From: a virus
Taxonomy: Duplodnaviria; Caudoviricetes
Virus record (IMG/VR): IMGVR_UViG_3300033134_000083
Coordinates: 1 to 63,998 of that record
DNA length: 63,998 bases
Direction: 5' to 3' (one strand)
In this document: in pieces, positions 17,293 to 26,821 of the stretch
How the letters are laid out: every line of letters starts with the position of its first letter
Numbering within the stretch: the stretch's first letter is position 1
The notes under the pieces: model-generated
Seen by the model: only the letters and a program-made list of their open reading frames with translations
The model's database searches: none
What the model was told of the DNA's origin: nothing
Program-made: the position numbers and the translations under genes

Positions 17293-20200
17293 CTGTCCGA
17301 GTTCCGTGACCCCGTGGCGCAGAAACTAGCTCAAGCTCTTAAGAGCTATAACCCGGACCAGCCTCGTGGCGCACACGGCGAGTTCGGTTCGGACGGTCAG
17401 TCGGCTCAATCAGCTGCTCAATCAGCGCAAAAAAAGTCGCTGCTGTCTCAAGCAAGCGACTTGGACCAAGAAGCAGCGGACATCCAGTCCACCATTAAGT
17501 CGCTGAAAAAAGAGCAAGCATCCTACCTAGCGCAAGCTAAAGCAGCTGAAGCGTCGTCTAGCTCCTCTAGTAGCTCAACTTCCTCTACGTCAACGTCACC
17601 AACGGTAACTGGAACAGCAGCCGGTTCCACTTCCGCTACATCTGCTGCCGCTTCCACGGCTACTACAGCAGCCCAGTACGAAGCTGACGCTGCTGCAGTA
17701 GGTAAGCAGATAACCACTCTGCAAATCAAAGTCAACTCGTTGCATGCTCAAGCTAACCAGCTACGCGCTCAAGCAGCAGGCATCAAGTCGGACGGGACAG
17801 ACAGCCGCCTACTATCTGGCATTCGCCAAGACCTTGGGCAGTCTGTCCCTAACCAGAATTATATACCCAAATCAACACGGAGGTCCGTGGCGGCCACTCT
17901 AACCGACCAGCAGGAAGCTAGCTTCAGCTTCCCGATATTGAAAACTGAGACGACCGCTGATGGCGACCTGCTGGTTTACGGTAAGGCCACCGATGGAACC
18001 GTGGACACGGACGACCAGATTGTTGACCCTGGCTGGTCCAGTAAGGCACTAACCGACTGGCTGTCCACTGGCGCTAACCTACGTGTTCAGCACAACCCGC
18101 ACCGTGACCCCGCCGGTATTGGACTCCAAATCGACGCTGACCGTGACGGCGACGGTAGCCACTACCTCAAGGCTCTGGTAGTAGAACCAACTGCTAAGAA
18201 GCTCGTCAGCAAGGGTGCGCTGCGCGCTTTCTCCGTTGGCATTATGCGGCCCCGCATTGTTACGGATATGAAAGCTCGCGGCGGGCGGATTGTTGACGGT
18301 GAACTGGGCGAAGTCAGCCTCGTGGATCGCCCTGCTAACCGCAACTGCACCTTCACTCTCGTCAAAGCCGACAAGAAGGGCCGTGCCGAGTGGTTGGGTG
18401 CCTTGAACAGCGACCCCGACTTCCTCGCTAAGTCACTTACCCCATCGCCTGCTGATGTAGCCCGCATGATTGGTAAGCGAGCAGTTGAACCGGGCCCCAG
18501 CCGCCCCAACGTCCAGCAGAGCGAGATTCCCACCTACTTCGCTGACCCGGTAGCTAACCGGCTCCAGGAAGCACTAAGACTGGAGAAGCGCGACCTGCCC
18601 GGCGGCGGCAACGTGGACTCTGGCGGGCAAGACCGCAGCGACATGCCACGTAAAGACTTCGCTGGTCCGAACGGCACGTTCCCCATCGAAAGCCAAGGCG
18701 ACGTAAGCGACGCCGCTAGCCTGGCGCACCATGCTGACAACCCGTCCGCTGTCCGTAGCCGCATTCGCTCCATTGCCCGCAGGAAGTGGCCGGACATGAA
18801 ACTGCCACCGTCTCTCGACGGCGACGGTGACGATAAAAGCGCCGAAGCTGACTTGGAAAAAGCAGGCATGAAAGCCTGCCCGAACTGCGGCAAAAATTAC
18901 CACGCCGACTCCAAGATGAGCAAATGCGAAAACTGTGGCCACAAACTTCCCGTGGTTAAAGCCGACAGTGAATGCTCCACTTGCCACGGCAGCGGCAAAA
19001 TCCGCGAAGGTCACATGAAGTGCCCGGACTGCGGCGGCAGTGGCGTTATGAAGGGCGTTTCGAACTTCGGAGACAAGAAAGCCCCCGCGTTTGGCTCCGA
19101 CGAAGACGAAGAAGACGACAACGAGAAGGTGGCTAAGGGTCACGACCAGGACATGGGTGACCGCATGCAGGAAGACGACGATAACTCCGGCGAAGGCGAC
19201 GGAGACAATGACGATGATGGCCAAGACACTTCTGACGACGATGGCGTAGGCGAAGAAGACAACATTAAGCAGGCCGTTCCCACTACTGGGAAACTGTTCT
19301 GCCCGTCCTGCGGCAGCAAAGTCAAAAAGTCCGGCAACTTCTGCCCTGGTTGTGGCGCGAAGCTAGCCATGCCCGACAAAACCAAACACGTCATTCCGCA
19401 TTCTCACCCCTCGCCTGGTGACAATGTACGGGGCAAGAAGACTAAGCCCGTTGCTCCACACCGGGAACCAGACGGTCCCCAGACCGAAGATTTCGAAGCA
19501 GATTCCGGCATGCAAGACGGGGATGCAAAGGGGGGTAAGCCACCAGAGCCGTCGCCCACGTGGACTAAGGCACGCGGTTCCACCGACCCGTCCACTGGTG
19601 TAGCGCACACTCCTGGCACTACCGAGGGTCCCAACCCTGGTAGCGAAGAAATGCGGCCTGAGGAAGAGTACGAAGTCGGCCACGGTGAGGAAGACAACCG
19701 TCCGTCTTCACCCGATGGGATGGCTCAGTACGCGAACATGAAGATGCGTGTTACCGAAGCGCCGTACACCATCATGCGGATGCACGACGCTCTATGTGCC
19801 GCCTACGACGGTTTCGACGTGCTAGCTGAATACCCCAGCCTGAAGACTTTCGCCGATGCAGTGGACGCTGAGAGCTGGCGGGAGCTAGCTAAGAACGTTG
19901 TGGCTGAAGGCAACCTGCACCTTGGGCAGAGTGCTCTAGCCGTTGCTAACGCAGCCGAAGCACTCAAAGCAATGGACCCTGCTGCGGTGGAAGACGGCCG
20001 GGCACTACTCCGCAAAGACTTCACCAGCATGTACCCCAACGTGCACTTGAGTCCGGGCCAGATTACTGCTCAGCAGTTCAACCGGCCCTACATCAGCGAA
20101 GGTCACGCACCGCTGTCGGCTGCACCCATGGGAAGCCAGCCATCGGCTCCTACCCCACCGGCCCCTCCGTCTGCTTCCCAGTTCACCCGAGGCCCACTCA

Positions 20201-20931
20201 CCGAAGGTCACGAGTCTCCTAGTCCCGGCAATGGCGGCAACCGCCCAGCAAGCTTCGCTCAGCCTTCCATGGGCAGCTTGAGCGCCCCTAAGGGCGACGC
20301 GTCTGCTGCCATTGCCGTCATCCACGACCACATTGTCAACGAATGGCCGGACCTGTGCACCATGAGCACCACCTACGTCCAGCCAGCAGCTAAGAACGGC
20401 ATCGACGCTACCAGCGGTGCTGGCAGCCAGATTGCTAACCAGATTCGCCGCCACCAGCAGCGTCAGCAAGCTCAAGCTGGTCCTCAGAACATCACCAAGG
20501 GTGAAGGTCTCGTGCCAGTCACTAAGAAGCAGATTGGCAAGGTCGCCGGTAGCGGCCTCACTGAGAAAGCACTCAAGAACGTTCTCGCAGCCGAGCTGAG
20601 CAAAGCTACAGCTACCCTGACCGATACCATCAACAACTACCGTGAGCAGAACGAAATGCTGGTTAAGCAAGTCGGTGACTTGCAGCACCAGGTTGACATT
20701 CTCGGCTCACAGCCCGACCCGAACCAAGCTCCAATTCGCAGCGTAACGGCCTATCCGCCCAATCTCGAAAGCGGTGCTGTCGCCCAGGACCGGCGGTCCT
20801 TGGTGGACGAGATGGGCGAGAAGATTCGCGCTGAAAAAATGCAGTTCCTTAAGTCGCTTGCTAACAGTGGCGACCCAGTAGTGCGTGAAGGCGCTCAAGC
20901 CCAGATTCAGAAATTGCTGATGGCGCCGTGA
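17293..20931 (+). CDS. prohead maturation protease / scaffold polyprotein
   Basis: VYGKAT...D.DDQIVD...NLRVQH...AFSVGI...EVSLVDRPAN protease core; DUF6582-like module, zinc ribbons, acidic tract, C-terminal coiled coil; second in-frame GTG start with RBS at 17887. Confidence 0.85.
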   Translation: MSEFRDPVAQKLAQALKSYNPDQPRGAHGEFGSDGQSAQSAAQSAQKKSLLSQASDLDQEAADIQSTIKSLKKEQASYLAQAKAAEASSSSSSSSTSSTSTSPTVTGTAAGSTSATSAAASTATTAAQYEADAAAVGKQITTLQIKVNSLHAQANQLRAQAAGIKSDGTDSRLLSGIRQDLGQSVPNQNYIPKSTRRSVAATLTDQQEASFSFPILKTETTADGDLLVYGKATDGTVDTDDQIVDPGWSSKALTDWLSTGANLRVQHNPHRDPAGIGLQIDADRDGDGSHYLKALVVEPTAKKLVSKGALRAFSVGIMRPRIVTDMKARGGRIVDGELGEVSLVDRPANRNCTFTLVKADKKGRAEWLGALNSDPDFLAKSLTPSPADVARMIGKRAVEPGPSRPNVQQSEIPTYFADPVANRLQEALRLEKRDLPGGGNVDSGGQDRSDMPRKDFAGPNGTFPIESQGDVSDAASLAHHADNPSAVRSRIRSIARRKWPDMKLPPSLDGDGDDKSAEADLEKAGMKACPNCGKNYHADSKMSKCENCGHKLPVVKADSECSTCHGSGKIREGHMKCPDCGGSGVMKGVSNFGDKKAPAFGSDEDEEDDNEKVAKGHDQDMGDRMQEDDDNSGEGDGDNDDDGQDTSDDDGVGEEDNIKQAVPTTGKLFCPSCGSKVKKSGNFCPGCGAKLAMPDKTKHVIPHSHPSPGDNVRGKKTKPVAPHREPDGPQTEDFEADSGMQDGDAKGGKPPEPSPTWTKARGSTDPSTGVAHTPGTTEGPNPGSEEMRPEEEYEVGHGEEDNRPSSPDGMAQYANMKMRVTEAPYTIMRMHDALCAAYDGFDVLAEYPSLKTFADAVDAESWRELAKNVVAEGNLHLGQSALAVANAAEALKAMDPAAVEDGRALLRKDFTSMYPNVHLSPGQITAQQFNRPYISEGHAPLSAAPMGSQPSAPTPPAPPSASQFTRGPLTEGHESPSPGNGGNRPASFAQPSMGSLSAPKGDASAAIAVIHDHIVNEWPDLCTMSTTYVQPAAKNGIDATSGAGSQIANQIRRHQQRQQAQAGPQNITKGEGLVPVTKKQIGKVAGSGLTEKALKNVLAAELSKATATLTDTINNYREQNEMLVKQVGDLQHQVDILGSQPDPNQAPIRSVTAYPPNLESGAVAQDRRSLVDEMGEKIRAEKMQFLKSLANSGDPVVREGAQAQIQKLLMAP

Positions 20932-21051
20932 AAAGAGGGAATCCCTACTTTTAGTTCCGCAACGGGTTTGGGCTTCGCACCCATCTTGGGAGCAAGGATT
21001 CCCCTTACACCAAAAAACTATACCGTAAGACAGCACCCGCGAAAGAGGTAC

Positions 21052-22923
21052 ATGGCTGACATTCTCACCACGTCCGACGTGGTACAGGAAGCCGCCACTG
21101 AGGCCAGTTGGTACGATACGCCAGTCGATATGCTCGCTGGCCGTATGCCTGAGGCAGTGAAGGGGGCGGGTTACGCTCGTCCAGGCGGCAATAAGGTCCT
21201 GGATAACCAGGACGAGATTTTCGACCGTTCCTTTAAGGCTACTAAAGCGCTTAGGGCGGCTACTTTCAAGGGCTATCACGAGCCGGAAACGGTCCGTAAG
21301 AGCCTTAACCCTAATTTCACCAGCCAGTTCGGCAACTTCCTTGCTGCCGGTACTCCTGGCTTTGGTAACCAGGGTCTTACCGAACTGGTTAACCAGATTA
21401 ACTCCGCTTTCTCGCAGACTGACGCGCTGAAAAATTTCACGCTGACTGCTCCGCTGGCGTCCGGCTTCGTGCCGTTCGACCTCGTAGCGCCGTCACGGCT
21501 TATCTACCCGGTCTACAGTCCGCTGAGGAACAAGATTCCTCGGACGCCTGGCCAGGGCACTAGCCGTAGGGTGAAGGTCGTCACTGGTGTTTCTGGTTCC
21601 CAGACTGGCAGCCAGGGTGTTATCGACATTTCCATCCCGGAACTAGTCGCTGGTAGCTCCATTTCGGGTACCTGGCCGCTTAACCTGCCCGCTTCGGGTA
21701 GTCAGACGGCTATTGACCTGAACGTTCCCTACCAGTTCTTCGGGCTGACGGAAGCGTTGTCGTGGCTGGCTCAGTTTGGTGGCCAAGGCTTCGAAGACAT
21801 TTCGGCTCTTGCGAACCTGATTCTCCTGCAAGAGTTCATGCTCGCCGAGGAGTACGCCATGCTGGCGGCTACGCCAGTTAACTTGGCTGTTCCCAGTGCG
21901 CCGACGTGCACCACCCGGCTGCCCGGCTCCAACGAGACGGCTATCACTGACTCGTCTGGTTACGTGTCGGTGTGCGTTACCGCCACCAACTTCTACGGCG
22001 AAACTATCGCTTCGTCAGTTACGTCCACTGCTGTTACTAACAACACCTACGTGCTGGACGTAACCATTTCTCCGGTAGCTGGTGCCCAGCAGTACAACAT
22101 TTACGTCTCCAACTCCCAGAACGCGCTTTCTACTGTCTGCTACCTTCAGGTCGGCACTAGTATTCAGGGCTCTACTACGTACACCGGGTACCAGACGGTT
22201 AATAGTGCCGGTGGCCACAAGTTCACCATTCAAGGCGTTCTGGCATCGTCTAGCAACGGCACCCCACCCACCGTCGACACTGGTACGGGTAAGTCCACCC
22301 GGATGGCTGGGATGATTCCTACTCTGTCCGGCCAGGCCGCTACCGCTGGCGTGTACCCAACTTCCCCTTCAGTATGGGAAGGCGGCTACGTCAACCAGTC
22401 GCTGGGTACGCACCTGTCCATCAGCGCTGTGAACACGGCACTCCAGTCGCTCTTCGACGGCGGTACTGGTACTTCTCCTGGCGCGTTCCGGGCCGACCCT
22501 GCCGAACTCATTGGTGAGGGCGGCGACATCATGCGCATGTCCAACGACATTGTGCAGTCCGGACAGGCCACTACTTACCAGCTTCTGGTCAACCAGAGCG
22601 AAGTTGACGGCATCACGTCCGGTGCTGCGGTCAGCCAGTTCCAGAACCCCATTACCCGGTCGAAGATTCAGCTTCTGGTGCACCCCTGGCTTACCCAGGG
22701 CACTGCGATGCTGATGTCCTACACCCTTCCCTTCACTTGGTCTAACGTGGCCAACTGTTGGGAAATGGTCATGGTGCAAGACTACTTGTCCATTTCCTGG
22801 CCCGTTATCGACGCTACGTTCCGTTACTCTCTGTTCCAGTATGGTGCGCTCGTCGCTCAGGCTCCCTATTACAGCGGCCTGCTTCAGGGCATCCAGGTAA
22901 GCGATACGACTCCCTATTCCTGA
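21052..22923 (+). CDS. major capsid protein with Ser/Thr-rich Ig/FN3-like insertion
   Basis: Follows the protease/scaffold; FDLVAPSRLIYPVYSPLRNKIPR and IQLLVHPWL motifs; RBS before ATG 21052; followed by a strong hairpin. Confidence 0.85.
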   Translation: MADILTTSDVVQEAATEASWYDTPVDMLAGRMPEAVKGAGYARPGGNKVLDNQDEIFDRSFKATKALRAATFKGYHEPETVRKSLNPNFTSQFGNFLAAGTPGFGNQGLTELVNQINSAFSQTDALKNFTLTAPLASGFVPFDLVAPSRLIYPVYSPLRNKIPRTPGQGTSRRVKVVTGVSGSQTGSQGVIDISIPELVAGSSISGTWPLNLPASGSQTAIDLNVPYQFFGLTEALSWLAQFGGQGFEDISALANLILLQEFMLAEEYAMLAATPVNLAVPSAPTCTTRLPGSNETAITDSSGYVSVCVTATNFYGETIASSVTSTAVTNNTYVLDVTISPVAGAQQYNIYVSNSQNALSTVCYLQVGTSIQGSTTYTGYQTVNSAGGHKFTIQGVLASSSNGTPPTVDTGTGKSTRMAGMIPTLSGQAATAGVYPTSPSVWEGGYVNQSLGTHLSISAVNTALQSLFDGGTGTSPGAFRADPAELIGEGGDIMRMSNDIVQSGQATTYQLLVNQSEVDGITSGAAVSQFQNPITRSKIQLLVHPWLTQGTAMLMSYTLPFTWSNVANCWEMVMVQDYLSISWPVIDATFRYSLFQYGALVAQAPYYSGLLQGIQVSDTTPYS

Positions 22924-22927
22924 TGCA

Positions 22928-22976
22928 CTAAAGGGAAGCCGAGCGCAACGGGGGGGAACGCTCGGCTTCCCTTTAG
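22928..22976. terminator. long hairpin after the capsid gene
   Basis: ctaaagggaagccgagcg / cgctcggcttccctttag, an 18-bp inverted repeat. Confidence 0.7.
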
Positions 22977-23005
22977 CTACCATAGCGCAACCTTAAGCGA
23001 GGAGC

Positions 23006-23284
23006 ATGGCATCTGTCCCAATTAGCATCAGCACAACTGCAACGCTAATCCACACCCCAAGTACCACCAGCAACGAAACCGTTTGGGTGCACGTTGACAC
23101 TGCCAGCCCCCTCGTGTACTTGGGTGGCGCGTCGGTCACGTCGTCTACGGGACTGCCATGCGGTCCTGGGAGTGACGTGTCGCTTTACAACTTGGGTGTA
23201 GCCACAGCAGCTCCAGCTATTTACGGAATCGTAGCTAGTGGCAGCGTTGCCGGTTCGGTAAAGCTGTCCACGAACACGTCGTAG
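23006..23284 (+). CDS. small Ser/Thr-rich virion (decoration-like) protein
   Basis: RBS gaggag; VYLGGASVTSSTG motif; position after the capsid gene. Confidence 0.65.
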   Translation: MASVPISISTTATLIHTPSTTSNETVWVHVDTASPLVYLGGASVTSSTGLPCGPGSDVSLYNLGVATAAPAIYGIVASGSVAGSVKLSTNTS

Positions 23285-23596
23285 AAGAGGAATATAACTA
23301 GCGTTGCCCAATTCCATGTCGCAATCAACGATTACCTGCGCTGCTCCTGCTGACGGGGTCAGGCTAGCTACAATGCTACGCCCGGCTTCAGCTTGGAAAA
23401 CCACGCCACCACCCGATGTGGTAGAAGGCAACGGCGGTTCCGTCACTTTGTACTGGTGGAAAGCTGTAGTTCCTTCATCTGCTGTAACTACTGCAGTGAG
23501 CACTAACCGCAGCAGCGTCAGCTCTGCTATCAGCGTTTCGCACTCCGTTGCGGGTGTGATTACTAACAGCAAGCTCTAGAGAACCTTGGGAGGTTC

Positions 23597-24232
23597 TTGC
23601 CCAGTTCAATCATTAACCCGCAAATCAACGAAACTCTCGCCCCGTACCAATTTGACGCTGCGGTAACCATTTCCGGTGCGAACGTCAACGGCGGCACGTC
23701 TGCCCTGTCCCCAGCCCTGTACGCTTTGAAGGGCTGGTCGTTCCCGCTGATCCTTGCCGGTGGCACCACCGCGGCTATCACCACTGGCTCGGTGTACTTG
23801 TCGCAGATTACGCTGCCGATTAACACCACCTTTGGTAGCGTGTACTTCTACAATCTGGGCACGGGGTCGTCCACGACAGCGTTCGCTGGGGTGTACTACG
23901 TAAACACGTCGTCCACCGCTACTCTAGTGGCTTCCACGAACAGTTTCACTACGCTCAGTTCGGCGGCGGCCTGGCGCACTGCTGCGCTTACTGCCCAATT
24001 CACGACCACCGCCACGGGCACCTATTACGCAGCGCTGCTGTGCACGGGCGGTACTGGTCCCACCATGCTTACTGCTGCCGCTAACCCGACCGCTACTGCG
24101 CTGGAAGGGCCCATCGCTACGGCGGGTTCTTACCCATTCGCCATCAACGGCACTGGTGCTTCCGCGCTGTCCACCCAGCTGACTTTGTCCAGCAACACTG
24201 GGGCTATTCCTCTGTGGATGGGGCTCGCCTAA
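23597..24232 (+). CDS. Ser/Thr/Ala-rich virion protein
   Basis: GGAGGTTC-TTG start; beta-rich composition. Confidence 0.65.
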   Translation: MPSSIINPQINETLAPYQFDAAVTISGANVNGGTSALSPALYALKGWSFPLILAGGTTAAITTGSVYLSQITLPINTTFGSVYFYNLGTGSSTTAFAGVYYVNTSSTATLVASTNSFTTLSSAAAWRTAALTAQFTTTATGTYYAALLCTGGTGPTMLTAAANPTATALEGPIATAGSYPFAINGTGASALSTQLTLSSNTGAIPLWMGLA

Positions 24233-24236
24233 GCGG

Positions 24237-24279
24237 CCGTGCCCCGCACCTTTAGGGGAAACAAAGGTGCGGGGCACGG
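24237..24279. terminator. hairpin
   Basis: ccgtgccccgcaccttt / aaaggtgcggggcacgg inverted repeat. Confidence 0.65.
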
Positions 24280-24307
24280 TTTCCAAATTTAAGGGAGGAT
24301 AAGGAAA

Positions 24308-25492
24308 ATTCGTATTCTCTGGTCGTCTAATGCGCCCTTCGCAGCGACGGGGTATGGAACCCAAACTGCTACCTGGCTACCGAGGATTAAATCGCTTGGC
24401 CATGAAGTAATAGCTGTTGCTCCGCCGTCATTTGCTGGGTCGCCGTTGAACTGGAACGGTATAACGGTTCTTCCTGGGTGGCGGGACGGAATCGGTAACG
24501 ACATTCTGCTAGACCATTACCGTCGCAGCGAAGCCGACGTGCTCATCACGTTGTGCGACGCGTACATGCTGGCACCCGAGATGCTCAGCGAAATGAACGT
24601 AGCCCACTGGCTGCCAGTTGATTGCTACCCTATGAACTTCCGCGACCAGGCCAGCATGAACCAGACCGGTGCGTTGCCGATAGCTATGAGTCAGTTCGGC
24701 CGGGACCAGCTAAAATCAGCCGGGTTTAGTCCGCGTTACATTCCGCACGCTATCGACATTACAACATTCTCACCACCCGCTAACCATAAGAAGCAGCGGG
24801 AAAGCATCGGACTGAGCGACAACACGTTTGTCGTTGGCTTGAACGCTTACAACAAAGACGTAATGCGAAAAGCGTTTGGGGAGCAGATGCTGGCGTTTGC
24901 GGCGTTCCGCAAACGCCACCCTGACTCAATGCTGCTGGTTCACTCCGCTGTGGCTGAACCTACTGCCGTGGACTTGCAAGCCCTAGCTCATGCCTGCGGG
25001 ATAGAAAAAGCTATCCTATTCCCCGACCAGTACAGCTATGCAGTTGGCACGATGACTGCTGAGAACATGGCTTCCTGGTATGGAGCGCTGGACGTTCTCA
25101 CTAACTGCTCCTACGGCGAGGGTTTCGGTCTGCCCATCCTCGAAGCCCAAGCTACCGGCACCCCGGTTGTCGTCACTGACGCTTCGTCCATGACGGAGCT
25201 GTGCGGTAGTGGATGGCTAGTTCCCGGTGATAAATTCTGGGTTCCGGCTCACCGGGGCTGGTGGATGCGACCGGACGTGTCATCCATGACTGCTGCGTAT
25301 GAGTCCGCATGGCAAGCACGCGAAAACGGTACCATGCCCGCGTTGCGGGAAAAGGCCCGCCAGTTCGCCCTCAAATACGACGCCGACGTAGTACTCAAGG
25401 AATGCTTCGCTCCGGTACTGGACGAAATCCAGGGAAACCTTCCAGTCAAAGAAGGTGTCAGCAGTGGCATTCTCCCTGAAACGGTACCATGA
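24308..25492 (+). CDS. GT-B (family 4-like) glycosyltransferase
   Basis: RILWSSNAPFAATGYGTQT N-terminus and EGFGLPILEAQATGTPV signature; requires an ATT/ATA start. Confidence 0.85.
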   Translation: MRILWSSNAPFAATGYGTQTATWLPRIKSLGHEVIAVAPPSFAGSPLNWNGITVLPGWRDGIGNDILLDHYRRSEADVLITLCDAYMLAPEMLSEMNVAHWLPVDCYPMNFRDQASMNQTGALPIAMSQFGRDQLKSAGFSPRYIPHAIDITTFSPPANHKKQRESIGLSDNTFVVGLNAYNKDVMRKAFGEQMLAFAAFRKRHPDSMLLVHSAVAEPTAVDLQALAHACGIEKAILFPDQYSYAVGTMTAENMASWYGALDVLTNCSYGEGFGLPILEAQATGTPVVVTDASSMTELCGSGWLVPGDKFWVPAHRGWWMRPDVSSMTAAYESAWQARENGTMPALREKARQFALKYDADVVLKECFAPVLDEIQGNLPVKEGVSSGILPETVP

Positions 25493-26132
25493 CTTTTACA
25501 ATACCCTCGGCTTTAACCAGTCAAGTGCGTTTATCCAATGGACTATCAAGGAACACGAAGCAGCTATCCTAAGCGAAAACTGCGTCGGTGCTAAATCAGT
25601 AGTCTCAGTGGGAACGTTCGGCGGTCTTTCGGTAGCAATAATCCTGGATGCTATGGCAGACGATGGGATACATTACGGCATCGACCCGTTTTTCCCCAAG
25701 TATTGCGCGCAGGACAATTACCGAGATGTATACGACGCTACTGTCGCTCACTTTCGCCGCCCCGGTCAGCAGACCGTAACCTTTCCTGGGTTTGCTTCCA
25801 TCCCCGGCGAGGAGCTATCCCAAAACGCCAGTGACGGGGAGCCTCCCATTGAGTGGCATCAGCTAAAGCGCGTACCACCCGGCGTGGACGTGTGTTTCAT
25901 CGACGGTGACCATCACGACCCAGTGCCCCTGAATGACTTCCAGGAAGTGTGGCCACTAATTAAGCCCGGAGGCCGCGTCCTCCACCACGACATTTCCAAC
26001 TCGACGTGGGGACCACACGCTGTTTCGCTGCTGAACTACATAAGGGAACTACCGGACGCAGACCTCTGGACTGATACGTCAGGTGAAGACGGAATCGCTG
26101 TAGTAACCAAAAAGGACGTGACCGCTACTTGA
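25455..26132 (+). CDS. class I SAM-dependent methyltransferase (Methyltransf_24-like)
   Basis: VGTFGGLS, GIDPF, FIDGDH and IKPGG..LHHD motifs. Confidence 0.75.
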   Translation: MSAVAFSLKRYHDFYNTLGFNQSSAFIQWTIKEHEAAILSENCVGAKSVVSVGTFGGLSVAIILDAMADDGIHYGIDPFFPKYCAQDNYRDVYDATVAHFRRPGQQTVTFPGFASIPGEELSQNASDGEPPIEWHQLKRVPPGVDVCFIDGDHHDPVPLNDFQEVWPLIKPGGRVLHHDISNSTWGPHAVSLLNYIRELPDADLWTDTSGEDGIAVVTKKDVTAT

Positions 26133-26821
26133 GCGTTGCCATTGTCAGCACCATCTACGACAACTATGACGCACCGTACATTCCACCCGAGCAAGACATC
26201 GAGTGCGAATGGGTCATGGTCACCGACCGGCCTCGTAGCTGCGCACCGTGGCGAGTGGTAACCGAACCAAGGCCGCATCTGCCTCCCCGGCTGGCGGGTA
26301 AAGTGCCCAAGACGCATTCCCGGCATTACACCGATGCTGACGTGGTTATCTGGACTGACGCTAACGTGGAAGTCACAGCTCCAGATTTCGCGTCATGGTG
26401 CGTAGCTCAACTCGGTGACAACCCGCTGAAAGCGTACGTTGACCCAGGTCGCGCTACTGTCCACGAAGAAGCTGCAGCTTCAGCAGTGTCGCCACGTTTC
26501 CACGGCCAGCCGTGCGTCGACCAAGCCGACTTTTATGTGAAGAACGGTTTTCCACCCGACTTTGGCACGTGGTGGACTGGGCTAGTGATTTACGGGCCCA
26601 ACTGCCCGTATTTCGGCGACGAATGGCTGAGTGAAATCACCCGCTGGTCGCTGCAAGACCAGATAGCTATCGGCTACATGTTTTGGCAGTACGGCATAGA
26701 CCCCAAACTAGTGTCTATCAAACCGGACTGGACCCGTCCCGACAACGGTTACGGAGGCTGGCACGGCCGAGACGGCGTGCACGACAAGTTCCGCATGCAT
26801 AACCACCGGCATGACCTATGA
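26129..26821 (+). CDS. DUF616-like GT-A glycosyltransferase
   Basis: STIYDNYD, IWTDAN and QDQI motifs. Confidence 0.65.
   Translation: MSVAIVSTIYDNYDAPYIPPEQDIECEWVMVTDRPRSCAPWRVVTEPRPHLPPRLAGKVPKTHSRHYTDADVVIWTDANVEVTAPDFASWCVAQLGDNPLKAYVDPGRATVHEEAAASAVSPRFHGQPCVDQADFYVKNGFPPDFGTWWTGLVIYGPNCPYFGDEWLSEITRWSLQDQIAIGYMFWQYGIDPKLVSIKPDWTRPDNGYGGWHGRDGVHDKFRMHNHRHDL

Noticed and set aside
23045-23579. Overlapping +91-aa and -175-aa ORFs after the capsid gene
   Set aside because: Could not decide which strand, if either, is coding; no motif or clear RBS.
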